DNA of 64,000 nucleotides from Octopus bimaculoides (Eukaryota): NCBI RefSeq assembly GCF_001194135.2, contig NC_068991.1, positions 78,206,564 to 78,270,563 of the forward strand, read 5' to 3'. Shown piece by piece: positions 39,082 to 50,230 of this stretch (position 1 is its first letter; each line of letters starts with the position of its first letter). The notes under the pieces were generated by a model. It saw only the letters and a program-made list of their open reading frames with translations, ran no database searches and was not told where the DNA came from. The position numbers and the translations under genes were made by a program.

Positions 39082-41051
39082 CTATATTCATCTTATGTAT
39101 TGGGCAGTTCATTTGCCACACTGAGGTAACCGCCACCTGGTGGTGCATATCATACTTAACTATCGGAGATTCCACAAAGAGAAAGAGCTTAGAAAATGCC
39201 TTCATCCAATAGTTTTGTCTCATTTCATCATCGTCGTCGTCGTCTTCATCATCATCATCATCATCATCAGTATGACCACCGTCATCAGCATAACTCTCTA
39301 TTGAGTATCTTCTTCTCTTAGATTATCTCTACTCAAATGAGGATGTCAAACATTTTTGCAGTTGAGTACTTTGGTCAGCATTCCTCCAGGGTGGATAACA
39401 TAAAGTTTCTGTCATCGCTAAAGGTCGATAATATAGACTAACCTCTTCTCTTGATCCCTCGAAAAATTACTGGCCTTGTGCCTAAATCAGAAACTATTAT
39501 TGAAGGCAATGGGCCAGCAGAATCGTTAGCACACCGGACAAAATGTTGAGCGGCATTTCATCCGGCTAGAATCTTGCCGAGGTTAACTTTGCCTATCATC
39601 CTTTCGGAGTCGATAAAATAGAATATCAGTCAAACTGTATAAGTGTGGAATTGAACTTCTGGCACAACGATGGTAACAGACGAGAAAATATATTCTGATG
39701 AATAAACGCTTTTCGTATGTAACTTGTTTGAATTATTAATTAAAGCTTCTAGAGTGTAATACGACGAAGCTTTAGACTCGACTTGGCACGTGCAGGTACA
39801 AACCTGCGCAAGGATTATCTTTTTTGATTGTTTGTTTGTTTGTTTGTTTACTTTCCTGATATCGACAGGCAATTTTTTTATTTGCTAAAGTATTAATGGA
39901 TAAACTATTAAACAACCACACAATTCCTTGCTCTTTCTCATCTCCATGATGTAGTGATGGCTATTCCGAAAGACCGTCGATCAACTGCTAAACCCTTCTC
40001 ACGGGTGTCATGATTTATTTATTAACCCTTTAGAATTTTTTCCTTTTTTTTTTTAGTGGTTATTTGGCTGTCGATAAGAAGCACCGTCTGGGCTTCTTTT
40101 TCCTCTGTTTTGTAGAAGACTAGTGGTTGTCCATGCATGCAACATTCCCCCTGTTCTATGCCACCGTTGTTGCCTGACATTGCCGCATCGTCACAGACGT
40201 TGCTGTCAAAACGCAAAGGGCTTCAACAGATATTGCAAGGCACGCTGTTATTTCCGCCGATCCATCGCATTGGATTGCTACTTTTTATCGACCCTGAAAT
40301 GATGGAATTCTGGGAAAAGACAGATGGAACACATACTGCGATACATTCTGTCCACCACACAAACGACTCTCACAATTAATTGTCTTTCTTCACGTCTAAG
40401 TGTAATATCATTATTACAAATCTGCTTAATGGTTCTCTGAGTATTCTTTACCAAGAAATTTAAAGTAAATATTTCGCTAAGGAGGTTTAATAACTCTAGA
40501 ACATAATTGGAGTTGTGTCTCTTATTCCGATATTAAAAGCAACAGTAGGCAGCTTAATGCATTGAATATGTTCATTCTAACTTAATTCAGATACATCACA
40601 GCCATTGTATCGACCGCACTATCCGGTGTTGTTATACACCGCTAGTCACAATGCATTTCCTTGCACTGCTGTAAAGACAGACGAAATACCGCTAAGCATT
40701 TCGACCGGCGTACTAACGCTTCTGCCAGCTCGCTGCTTTACTTAGTTTAAATATTGTAGAACCCTTCATCCAAATATTTCTTATTCGCAGGAAAACTTCA
40801 ACGTTTTTCCACAAAACTGAACGAAAATCCAGAGAAATGAATGTTGTTTGGATCGAAACCGGATCTAAAATACAGCTGGCTGGGTGGACGTTATCTCTTT
40901 TCAACAGCGTTCGCAGGCTGTCGATTTTTGGAGGAATATGAACTGGGGAATGAAGTCTCATTGCTTGAAGATTTTCTTTGATGTTTAGAAAGCTAATTAA
41001 AAAAGAAATTGTTTTAATGAAGAATAAAATATAAATTGCAAAACAAAATGG

Positions 41052-41540
41052 CCATCTCCGACGTGCATCAGCTTGGTCTTGGCCCAATTCACCTGAAGGC
41101 CAAGCTTTGCTGATCCTTCTCTGTGCATCCCTGAGCTGGTCGATCGAGTTGCTGAATAAGGTGGTAGTGTCCACATACTTCAGGTCAGTAAGGCGGTAGT
41201 TGCTGAAGGTAACGCCAAAGACTCGCTCACAAATTTTGGTCGTCAGATAATCGATAACACAGCTGAAGTGGTCAAGATCGGCCACGCAGCTCCGTCTGAT
41301 CCCGCTGTTGATGGGGAACCAGAGTTTTCCCGTTCATCCGCACGCAGCCCTCGGCACTGTTATAGAACTGTTGGAACAGGACGGTGACCTTGAGAGGCGA
41401 ACCGACAAGCTTGAGAATTTCCCGGAGGAATGTGTGGTCGACTGTGTCGAAAGCTGCGTTGAGGTCGATGGAGGCGGTGAAGAGGTGGTGATCATTGCTA
41501 GACGTGATTAACAGAGATCTCCGGAGGCTGGATGTCACTT
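41052..41540 (-). mobile_element. RTE-clade reverse transcriptase fragment (decayed)
   Basis: IDLNAAFDTVDH...EGCVRMNG, GVTFSNYRLTDLKYVDTTTL (YADD-derived), EGSAKLGLQVNWAKTKLMHVG. Confidence 0.9.
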
Positions 41541-41640
41541 TGACGGATGCAGAGGAGCTAGCACGTGACCATCAGCGATGCCGAGCACTGGTGGACCTGG
41601 GACCACTAACCTGAGATGACCCCAGCCCAATCAAGCAAAA
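41515..41640 (+). mobile_element. RTE-type extreme 3' end, in opposite orientation to the adjacent RT fragment
   Basis: LRRLDVTLTDAEELARDHQRCRALVDL resembles the RTE A.DR..WR.LV tail. Confidence 0.6.
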
Positions 41641-41789
41641 GCATGAAGCGAAGCGAAAATAAAATGAACACACCAATATCCTTCCATCACTCAATAAAAA
41701 TTAATATGGTCGCTTGATGCAATCGCGCGAGACATGGATAACCTTTTTTCGAAAAGCGGATCGCATGACACAGGGACCATTATCAGCAG

Positions 41790-42770
41790 ACCGCAATACG
41801 AAAAAAATGTCAATGAGATTTGTCATTTGGCTCACCATTCAAAAAGTCCTGCAGGCCGCAATTTTCCCATGACTGATCAAGAGGGCGGAGGTTGCAGAGG
41901 TGTTTATCGCTTCTGTAATCACCTACCGCCTGACCGTCGTGCCTTGCCCCGATTCGTGGCTGAATAAATTGAAGCGCATGCTCTTTCGCTTCTTGTTGAG
42001 GGGTAGCAGACCTTTTGTAGGGCGCTCTATCTGCTGCCAAAAGCCGCTGAAGAGTGGGCTGGGGATGCCGTGGCTAAAAATGCGCAGACATGCGCGGAGG
42101 CTTAGGCACCTCTAGCTTGATCTGGACAATGAGCAGGTGTGGTCTCCGTTCGTCAAGCTGTTATTTCCACAGTTCACATCGTTTACCGAACTGGACCCAT
42201 GGATCAAGCGTAGGCCGAGGTTGGGCGCGTGGCATGCAGAGTACCATCAGGTACTCGTGCTTCTCTCCCAGGACTACCTCGACGTCTTGGGAGAAACCCT
42301 AGGCTTCGGCGAAGATCAACTTGCCAACCTATTCCAAATAACATTCGGGCCGGGGCCTATGGATAATTACCAGAAGTCCCTGCCCTGGCAATGTTACAAA
42401 GGAGCTTCACCGGTTCGAGATAAGCTCTTTAGACACGGATGTGCGCCTTCGCCGGTTTGTACAAGATGCGAGCAGGACAGTGAAACTGTAATTAAGATCA
42501 TTCTGTCGCCCTCTCTGAATAGGAAGGAGCGAGTCTGTTTTCTCTCGGTAGTTGCTGTTGCGAAAGAGGTCGTATGGAAGACGAGAGTGAAAGGAATTGC
42601 AACGGGCGTGTTAATCTCCAGTCTCGGGTTAATCGACTTTTTCGTTTCCCACTTTTTCGTTTATTCATACGTCTCGTCCCATTCGATCCCCTCACCCCAA
42701 TGTTTGTTTTGTCTGTCCTCGTATCGTCCCCTCTTTTTCTCAACCTTATATGGTTAATAAAGAAATTGAC
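41790..42770 (+). mobile_element. Tx1/L1-clade LINE 3' fragment with zf-RVT region, internally deleted
   Basis: AEVAEVFIASVITYRL, GLGMPWL, GPMDNYQKSLPWQCYKGA.PVRDKLFRHG..PSPVCTRCEQDSETV. AATAAA at about 42757. Confidence 0.9.
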
Positions 42771-42806
42771 TGATCAAGGAATTACCTCTTTCACTGCAGT
42801 ATCTTC

Positions 42807-42851
<45 letters not shown>

Positions 42852-43304
42852 NNNNNNNNNNNNNNNNNNNNNNNNNNNNNNNNNNNNNNNNNNNNNNNNN
42901 NNNNNNNNNNNNNNNNNNNNNNNNNNNNNNNNNNNNNNNNNNNNNNNNNNNNNNNNNNNNNNNNNNNNNNNNNNNNNNNNNNNNNNNNNNNNNNNNNNNN
43001 NNNNNNNNNNNNNNNNNNNNNNNNNNNNNNNNNNNNNNNNNNNNNNNNNNNNNNNNNNNNNNNNNNNNNNNNNNNNNNNNNNNNNNNNNNNNNNNNNNNN
43101 NNNNNNNNNNNNNNNNNNNNNNNNNNNNNNNNNNNNNNNNNNNNNNNNNNNNNNNNNNNNNNNNNNNNNNNNNNNNNNNNNNNNNNNNNNNNNNNNNNNN
43201 NNNNNNNNNNNNNNNNNNNNNNNNNNNNNNNNNNNNNNNNNNNNNNNNNNNNNNNNNNNNNNNNNNNNNNNNNNNNNNNNNNNNNNNNNNNNNNNNNNNN
43301 NNNN

Positions 43305-43345
<41 letters not shown>

Positions 43346-43397
43346 ACGCACGCACGCACGCCCGCCCGTCTTTCTTTCACTTTCTCTTCTCTTTCAG

Positions 43398-43571
43398 TGT
43401 TTTCTCTCTTCTCAAAACGATCCATTTGTCCTGCTGCGGTGTTTTTCTTATCTTCAATTCTTTCATTTTTCTTTCTCCTTTTTTGTTCTAATTTGATGTG
43501 ACTTGAAAGAAGCAAGACGCGAGCAAAACCTCTCCGAATGCTGGACTTTCTACTCTCACTGTGAAACTATT
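43398..43571 (+). other. Candidate non-coding 5'UTR exon of vasohibin
   Basis: Ends at GTATCCTTTT (U12 donor consensus). Begins near TCAGT (Inr-like, or a polypyrimidine-CAG acceptor at 43397). Sits at the CpG-decay boundary. Inferred. Confidence 0.45.
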
Positions 43572-45496
43572 GTATCCTTTTAATAAGAGATTCATTCTTC
43601 GTTCTGGTTTCGAATCTCACTTGTTGACGACTTCCCAGACAGTTTTAAATAAGTATTATTTAAAAGAAGAATTTTTATTTTCCTTTTCTTTTTGCGATAA
43701 AATTATAATCGCCTTCGAAATACTGGTCGATATAATTCACTGTCCACTCCCTTAAAAAATCCCCCGGGGGGAAGGGTTTTTTAAAAAATTTAGTTGCTAT
43801 GGAAGAAATCATGTAGAAAACATTTTATGTTCAGGTCAATTTAATTTTAAATAAGAACCTTTCACATATCAGGAAGGGGTTCGATCTTTATCGCCTAGAC
43901 CAGGGGGTCAGTAGAACGGTCAGTATTGACACCTGTGGTGGGTGGGGACCTGTATAGCTATCCAAATGATTTTGAGCATTGAGCGTGCTGAATTATTAAG
44001 GAATTGAATTTGGAAGAACGTCGGTAAATTAAGGTTAAAAACTCACTAATTGCCAACCAAATACCGATACAATAACTAGCTTTCACCAAACACAGATTTC
44101 CCATTAAATATTCCAACTACATCGATATAATATGATTGAATTTTTATTGTTCTTTATCAATTTCGTTAAGTATTTTCCATAAATTTCTTTAAATATTTCT
44201 TATTAAAATATAGTAATAATACAAAAGAAGCAGAGAATTATTGATTTTAAATCTAGAAATTTTTTATTAATTTCGCATTTTAATTTCATTAAAAAATTTA
44301 CCTGAGGGAGTTTGATAAGTTATCGACATACCTATACAGGTGTGCCCACCTCTCACCTGCAATTTTATTTCCTCATAACTTTCAGTGAATATTTATAGTG
44401 ACATTTTCTTCAAATACCTTTCAGAAGGTGTACATTCTGTTTATACTGGAACCTGTTGTGAAAAACTATTTTTCATGGGTAGGGAGAGGAATTTTTGGTA
44501 ATTCACATGAGTTGNNNNNNNNNNNNNNNNNNNNNNNNNNNNNNNNNNNNNNNNNNNNNNNNNNNNNNNNNNNNNNNNNNNNNNNNNNNNNNNNNNNNNN
44601 NNNNNNNNNNNNNNNNNNNNNNNNNNNNNNNNNNNNNNNNNNNNNNNNNNNNNNNNNNNNNNNNNNNNNNNNNNNNNNNNNNNNNNNNNNNNNNNNNNNN
44701 NNNNNNNNNNNNNNNNNNNNNNNNNNNNNNNNNNNNNNNNNNNNNNNNNNNNNNNNNNNNNNNNNNNNNNNNNNNNNNNNNNNNNNNNNNNNNNNNNNNN
44801 NNNNNNNNNNNNNNNNNNNNNNNNNNNNNNNNNNNNNNNNNNNNNNNNNNNNNNNNNNNNNNNNNNNNNNNNNNNNNNNNNNNNNNNNNNNNNNNNNNNN
44901 NNNNNNNNNNNNNNNNNNNNNNNNNNNNNNNNNNNNNNNNNNNNNNNNNNNNNNNNNNNNNNNNNNNNNNNNNNNNNNNNNNNNNNNNNNNNNNNNNNNN
45001 NNNNNNNNNNNNNNNNTCTCTCCGTCTCTCTCTCTCTTCTCTTCACCCTAAGTGCGTAGCTTTTGTGCCTATTCTGTGGTGAGACATGTTACATTCCGTT
45101 TCTTAAAAACATTATCACGAGTTAACAAGGAAGAAAGGGAGAGGAGTTGGAGTTTTTGTTTTGTTTTGTTTATCTTTTTATATATAGATCTTTAATTGTA
45201 AATGTATTTGTGTATGTATATGTATATAATAATATGATACTGAACTAATTGTATACAGTGCTCGGGTGCACTAGAACCAGAGGCGGACTTGCCAGCTTGC
45301 CCGATAGCAAATGGGCCCCTGCGCTATTAGAATCTATATATGGGGACACATGTTAGTATCCAAGGGGCCCATCCCCTCAAGTTTGAGAATTCTTTATTCA
45401 CTCCTGGAAGAATGCATTAATCATTTCAGCCTGGCTGTGTTTGTAGACAGTTGTAAAGAATACTTTTAACACAAAAAAAAAATAAGCGATAGCATT

Positions 45497-45746
45497 GTAG
45501 TTGCGGGTGGGCTTCCTAGTAGTTGCGGGTGGGACCCCTTGTAGTTGCGGATGGGCACCCTAGTAGTTGCGGATGGGCACCCTAGTAGTTGCGGGTGGGA
45601 CCCCTTGTAGTTGCAGGTGGGCCCTCTTGTAGTTGTGGGTGGGTCCTCTAGTAGTTGCGGGTGGGATCCCTTGTAGTTGCGGATGGGCACCCTGGTAGTT
45701 GCAGGTGCGCCCCCTAGTAATTGCAGGTGGGCCCCCTACTAGTTGC
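45497..45746 (+). repeat. 22-bp minisatellite (GTAGTTGCRGRTGGGNNCCCTW), 11 or more units, runs into a gap
   Basis: Units counted by eye. Confidence 0.95.
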
Positions 45747-46395
45747 NNNNNNNNNNNNNNNNNNNNNNNNNNNNNNNNNNNNNNNNNNNNNNNNNNNNNN
45801 NNNNNNNNNNNNNNNNNNNNNNNNNNNNNNNNNNNNNNNNNNNNNNNNNNNNNNNNNNNNNNNNNNNNNNNNNNNNNNNNNNNNNNNNNNNNNNNNNNNN
45901 NNNNNNNNNNNNNNNNNNNNNNNNNNNNNNNNNNNNNNNNNNNNNNNNNNNNNNNNNNNNNNNNNNNNNNNNNNNNNNNNNNNNNNNNNNNNNNNNNNNN
46001 NNNNNNNNNNNNNNNNNNNNNNNNNNNNNNNNNNNNNNNNNNNNNNNNNNNNNNNNNNNNNNNNNNNNNNNNNNNNNNNNNNNNNNNNNNNNNNNNNNNN
46101 NNNNNNNNNNNNNNNNNNNNNNNNNNNNNNNNNNNNNNNNNNNNNNNNNNNNNNNNNNNNNNNNNNNNNNNNNNNNNNNNNNNNNNNNNNNNNNNNNNNN
46201 NNNNNNNNNNNNNNNNNNNNNNNNNNNNNNNNNNNNNNNNNNNNNNNNNNNNNNNNNNNNNNNNNNNNNNNNNNNNNNNNNNNNNNNNNNNNNNNNNNNN
46301 NNNNNNNNNNNNNNNNNNNNNNNNNNNNNNNNNNNNNNNNNNNNNNNNNNNNNNNNNNNNNNNNNNNNNNNNNNNNNNNNNNNNNNNNNNNNNNN

Positions 46396-46463
<68 letters not shown>

Positions 46464-47923
46464 AACCCAGCATGGAGTCAATAGCTAACTAGCATTAGTA
46501 CTTAGTGACACAAATACTTGAGATGGTGAACAAGTGCTTCATAAGACCACTTCGGGAAGTGATGGTCCTGTAGTTCTTGTCACAGCATGTTTTGGAAAGG
46601 GATAGAGGTAGCTCCTTTGATATCTGCCCAGCATTGTAAGTCCAAGAAAACAAAACCTAGCCGAATGCTTCCTCATAGAATAACAAAAGCTGTCAATCAG
46701 CTTCAATTCACTTTCAAGAAGCTGCATTTCCAGCAACCTCCTGCAGGTGGTTGAAATGAGCTAGAAGTCATCTTGGATCACCTTTGCCGCTAGATCTATA
46801 TTTAAGAGTGATTCAGCGAAATGTGGAAATGAACACCCTCACTCCCCACCCCAATCTCACTCTTCTGAATCTTCACATTTGCTTCATTTTTTTTCTCTAT
46901 TTCTGCACTTAAAAAATTGTATTTGTTTAACCCATCAAATTCCCACATCATCTTAGGTTAAACATTCAATTCTAATTTCAGTGACCTAATTTGGCTTTGA
47001 CACAGGTATATTCCCAAGACACCTGTAAAAAAAAAAAACAGCTCCTTCATTCTGTGACTAAGAGACAGTTTACTTCCATCACCTTTTGTCAGCTTCTTTC
47101 TGCCAGCTTCAAACTTCACTGAGACTTAATTTTCACACACACACACACACACACACAAACTTCTTTCTTGTGAGCCTGGAACCCTTTACATTTCCTTTCA
47201 CACATTTAGTGGAAGACTACCAAAAGACATTCCATGTAAACAAACAGTTGTCCACAACACACAAATGTGTGTGCTTTCTTCCAAATCCTTTCTCTCTGAA
47301 TAAATCTGTACAATTCCAGCATCCAAAACAGGCATTACATGATTAAGAAGAGGCAATAATTATAGACTTTGTAACATCAATTTATTTCAGTAATTCAGAA
47401 ATTACTTATTACATCTCACTTGTTACACATATTCTGTAAAGATTCAGAATAACTATATATCTAATACAGTTCTATATTTAAGAGATGAGGAATTATGTAC
47501 ATTATTTACATTATTTACATTTGACAGATATTTGTCATCATTTGTGGTGGTGGTGGTGGTGGTGGTGGTGGTGGTGGTGGGAAGTGGGGTGAGGGTTTTT
47601 CTTCATCATCATCATCATCATCATCGTTTAACGTCCGCTCTCCATGCTAGCATGGGTTGGACGATTTGACTGAGGACTGGTGAACCAGATGGCTAACACG
47701 ATTCATGTACTGGCAGTTTTTTCATATTTTGGAATTTCAATTAAAGGATTATCACTTGTGATAAACTTGCAAACAAATCATAAATCAATGTGTATTTCAA
47801 TGTTTCCTTTTTCTTTTTCATTTTTTTTTTTATATAATGCTAGTTTTTATAATCTTGTCATATAAAAGAAAAACAAGAATTCCTTGATGCTGTACCTAAC
47901 AGATAAGTCGAGCAATTGGCTGA

Positions 47924-48136
47924 ATGTCAGTTCGTAAGGCAACTTTACCTTTAAGGCAACACAAACACAATGATAAATTAAAGCATAATGCCGGCTGTTT
48001 CTTTTGGGTCAACCAAAATGGTTTACCACTGAAAGAAGAGACGTGGGAAAGAATGTGGTCATTTGCTGCCAAGCAACATCCGGATGGAGAGAATGTTATT
48101 GAAAGCGTTAGAGTTCTTAGTGATAACCTTCCAAAG
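47924..48136 (+). CDS. VASH: Vasohibin (tubulinyl-Tyr carboxypeptidase) coding exon 1
   Basis: FFWVNQNGLPLKEETWERMWSFAAKQHPDG..NLPK matches VASH1 [29 protein letters not shown]..DLPK. In-frame TGA precedes the ATG. Acceptor AG at 47901-47902, donor AG|GTAAAT. Confidence 0.93.
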
Positions 48137-48722
48137 GTAAATTATTGTATAATTCTCTAATATTTGTGAATTCTTCGAAAATGAAAGATTAATTTAAAAG
48201 CTGTGACAGTAGAAATGTTGAGGGCTTGACAATGGGAGGTTAATGTAAGAGCCACTGCAGAAGGAGTGTCGAAAGTTGACAGTGGGAGGGTAAGAGAATA
48301 GCCAGAACAATATTTGTCCTGAGGAGGTTAGTTAATGGGAAGTTAATGTAATAGCCACTGCAGTGGGAGTGTCATGAAGTTGACAGTGGGAGGATCAAGG
48401 AATAGCTCCAGCGGTGGGGCTGAAAGTGGGAGGATCATCAAATAGCTGTAGCAGTAGTAGGAGTGATAAGGCTTTGAGAGTAGGAGGATAATGAAATAAC
48501 AACAGCAGTGGGAGTGTCAAAGATTGAGAGTGGGAGGATCTTAGAAAAGCAGCAGCAGCAGCAGCAGTGAAATGAAGTTGATTGATGGAGGGGTGGGTGG
48601 GAGAGTAGAAGATCAGAAAACAACATGAACTGCATAATTAATTAGATTCGTTAGCTTACAGGTATTTCAACAAAGTAAATGAAACAATGCTATGCAATGC
48701 ATACTACTCCATATTACCTGAG

Positions 48723-48758
<36 letters not shown>

Positions 48759-48784
48759 GAAGCTGGATCTTTATATTATACATT

Positions 48785-48815
<31 letters not shown>

Positions 48816-49007
48816 TTGTGCATGTGTGTATGTATGTATGTGTGTATGTACGTGTGTGTGTGTATGTATGCATATATTTGTGTATGTATGCATGTATGCA
48901 TGTTTATGTAGGTGCATATGCATGTGTATGTATATTGTATATGTATATATATTTACATATGCACATATGTATGTATGTATGTATGTATGTATGTCATTGT
49001 TCAATTT

Positions 49008-49978
49008 TATCAGGTCATCCCATAAGTTCTGTCCGGTGTTATCTTTTTTAAAATTGAATGAAATTTAATAGTATTTTAGAATGTCTAATGGAATTAAAAA
49101 TTATTTTTATGCATTTGTGTACATTTAAACTAATTATATATCATTTTACAGAATAATAGAATTAAAATTTCTTTGATTAAAACCCTTTATAACATGGAAG
49201 TATCCAAAGAGCATTTAAGGCACATAATGCTTTATGAGTATAAAAAAAAGAAATTCTGCAGCCGAAGCGACTCGAAACATGCACTCAGTTTATGGGAAAG
49301 AATGCTTGAATGAAAGAACTTGCAGAAGATGGTTTGCAAAGTTCAGAAGTGGAGATTCCAGCCTTGAAGATGAAGATCGAACAGGACGTCCAGTTGAATT
49401 TGATGATAAGCTCCTTGATGCATTACTTGAAGAAAATCCTGCATTATCATTTGAAGAATTGGCAATAAACCTTAGTTCAAACCATACAACTGTTCATCGT
49501 CATCTTCAACAACTTGGAAAGGTTCCTAAACTTGGAAAATGGGTGACTCATGAATTGTCCGAAAGCAACCGTAAATCCCGAGTTGACATCTGCTCTTCTC
49601 TCCATTGTCACGAACTCATTTCACCCGAGAGGTTCTTCTCTCTATCTGGTGGGATTGCAAAGAAGTAATTCACTTTGAATTGTTACTACATAATGCAACA
49701 ATCACTGCTCAAGTCTACTGTCAGCAATTAGAGCATTTGAACCAAGCTTCGAAGAGAAAAAGACCTGCTTTAGTGAATTGAAAAGGAGTGATGTTTCATC
49801 AGGACAATGTGCGACCCCAAACTGCAAAGATCACATCACAGAAGATCAAAGAGCTTGGTTGGGAAAAAATTCCTCATCCACCTTATTCTGCCGACCTTTC
49901 TCCTTCAAACTACCATTTGTTTCATAGTTTACAGAATCATTTAGGGGACATAACTTTCACAAGCCAGGAGGAGGTTAG
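49008..49978 (+). mobile_element. Mariner (Hsmar1/cecropia-like) transposon, defective, in VASH intron
   Basis: TA + TIR tcaggtcatcccataagttctgtccg, MEVSKEHLRHIMLYEYKK..RTCRRWFAKFRSG..GKWVTHEL..HQDN..PHPPYSADLSPSNY. Frameshift, deletion of the first catalytic D region, third D changed to N, truncated by a SINE B head. Confidence 0.95.
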
Positions 49979-50014
49979 TAAGCAAGCTACTTGCCACACA
50001 CCCACTCCTGTGCC

Positions 50015-50089
<75 letters not shown>

Positions 50090-50189
50090 TGGAGTAAGCA
50101 TATAAATGTGAAACAAAACTGTCCAGCGAACAGGAACGTGAAACTCTGAGTAACAGTTTTTGTGATATTTCTGCTGCTTTTCAATAAAG

Positions 50190-50230
<41 letters not shown>

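Noticed and set aside
45497-45746. CRISPR-like appearance of the conserved/variable 22-bp array
   Set aside because: Eukaryotic context, period far too short, variable halves are related to each other, no cas genes.
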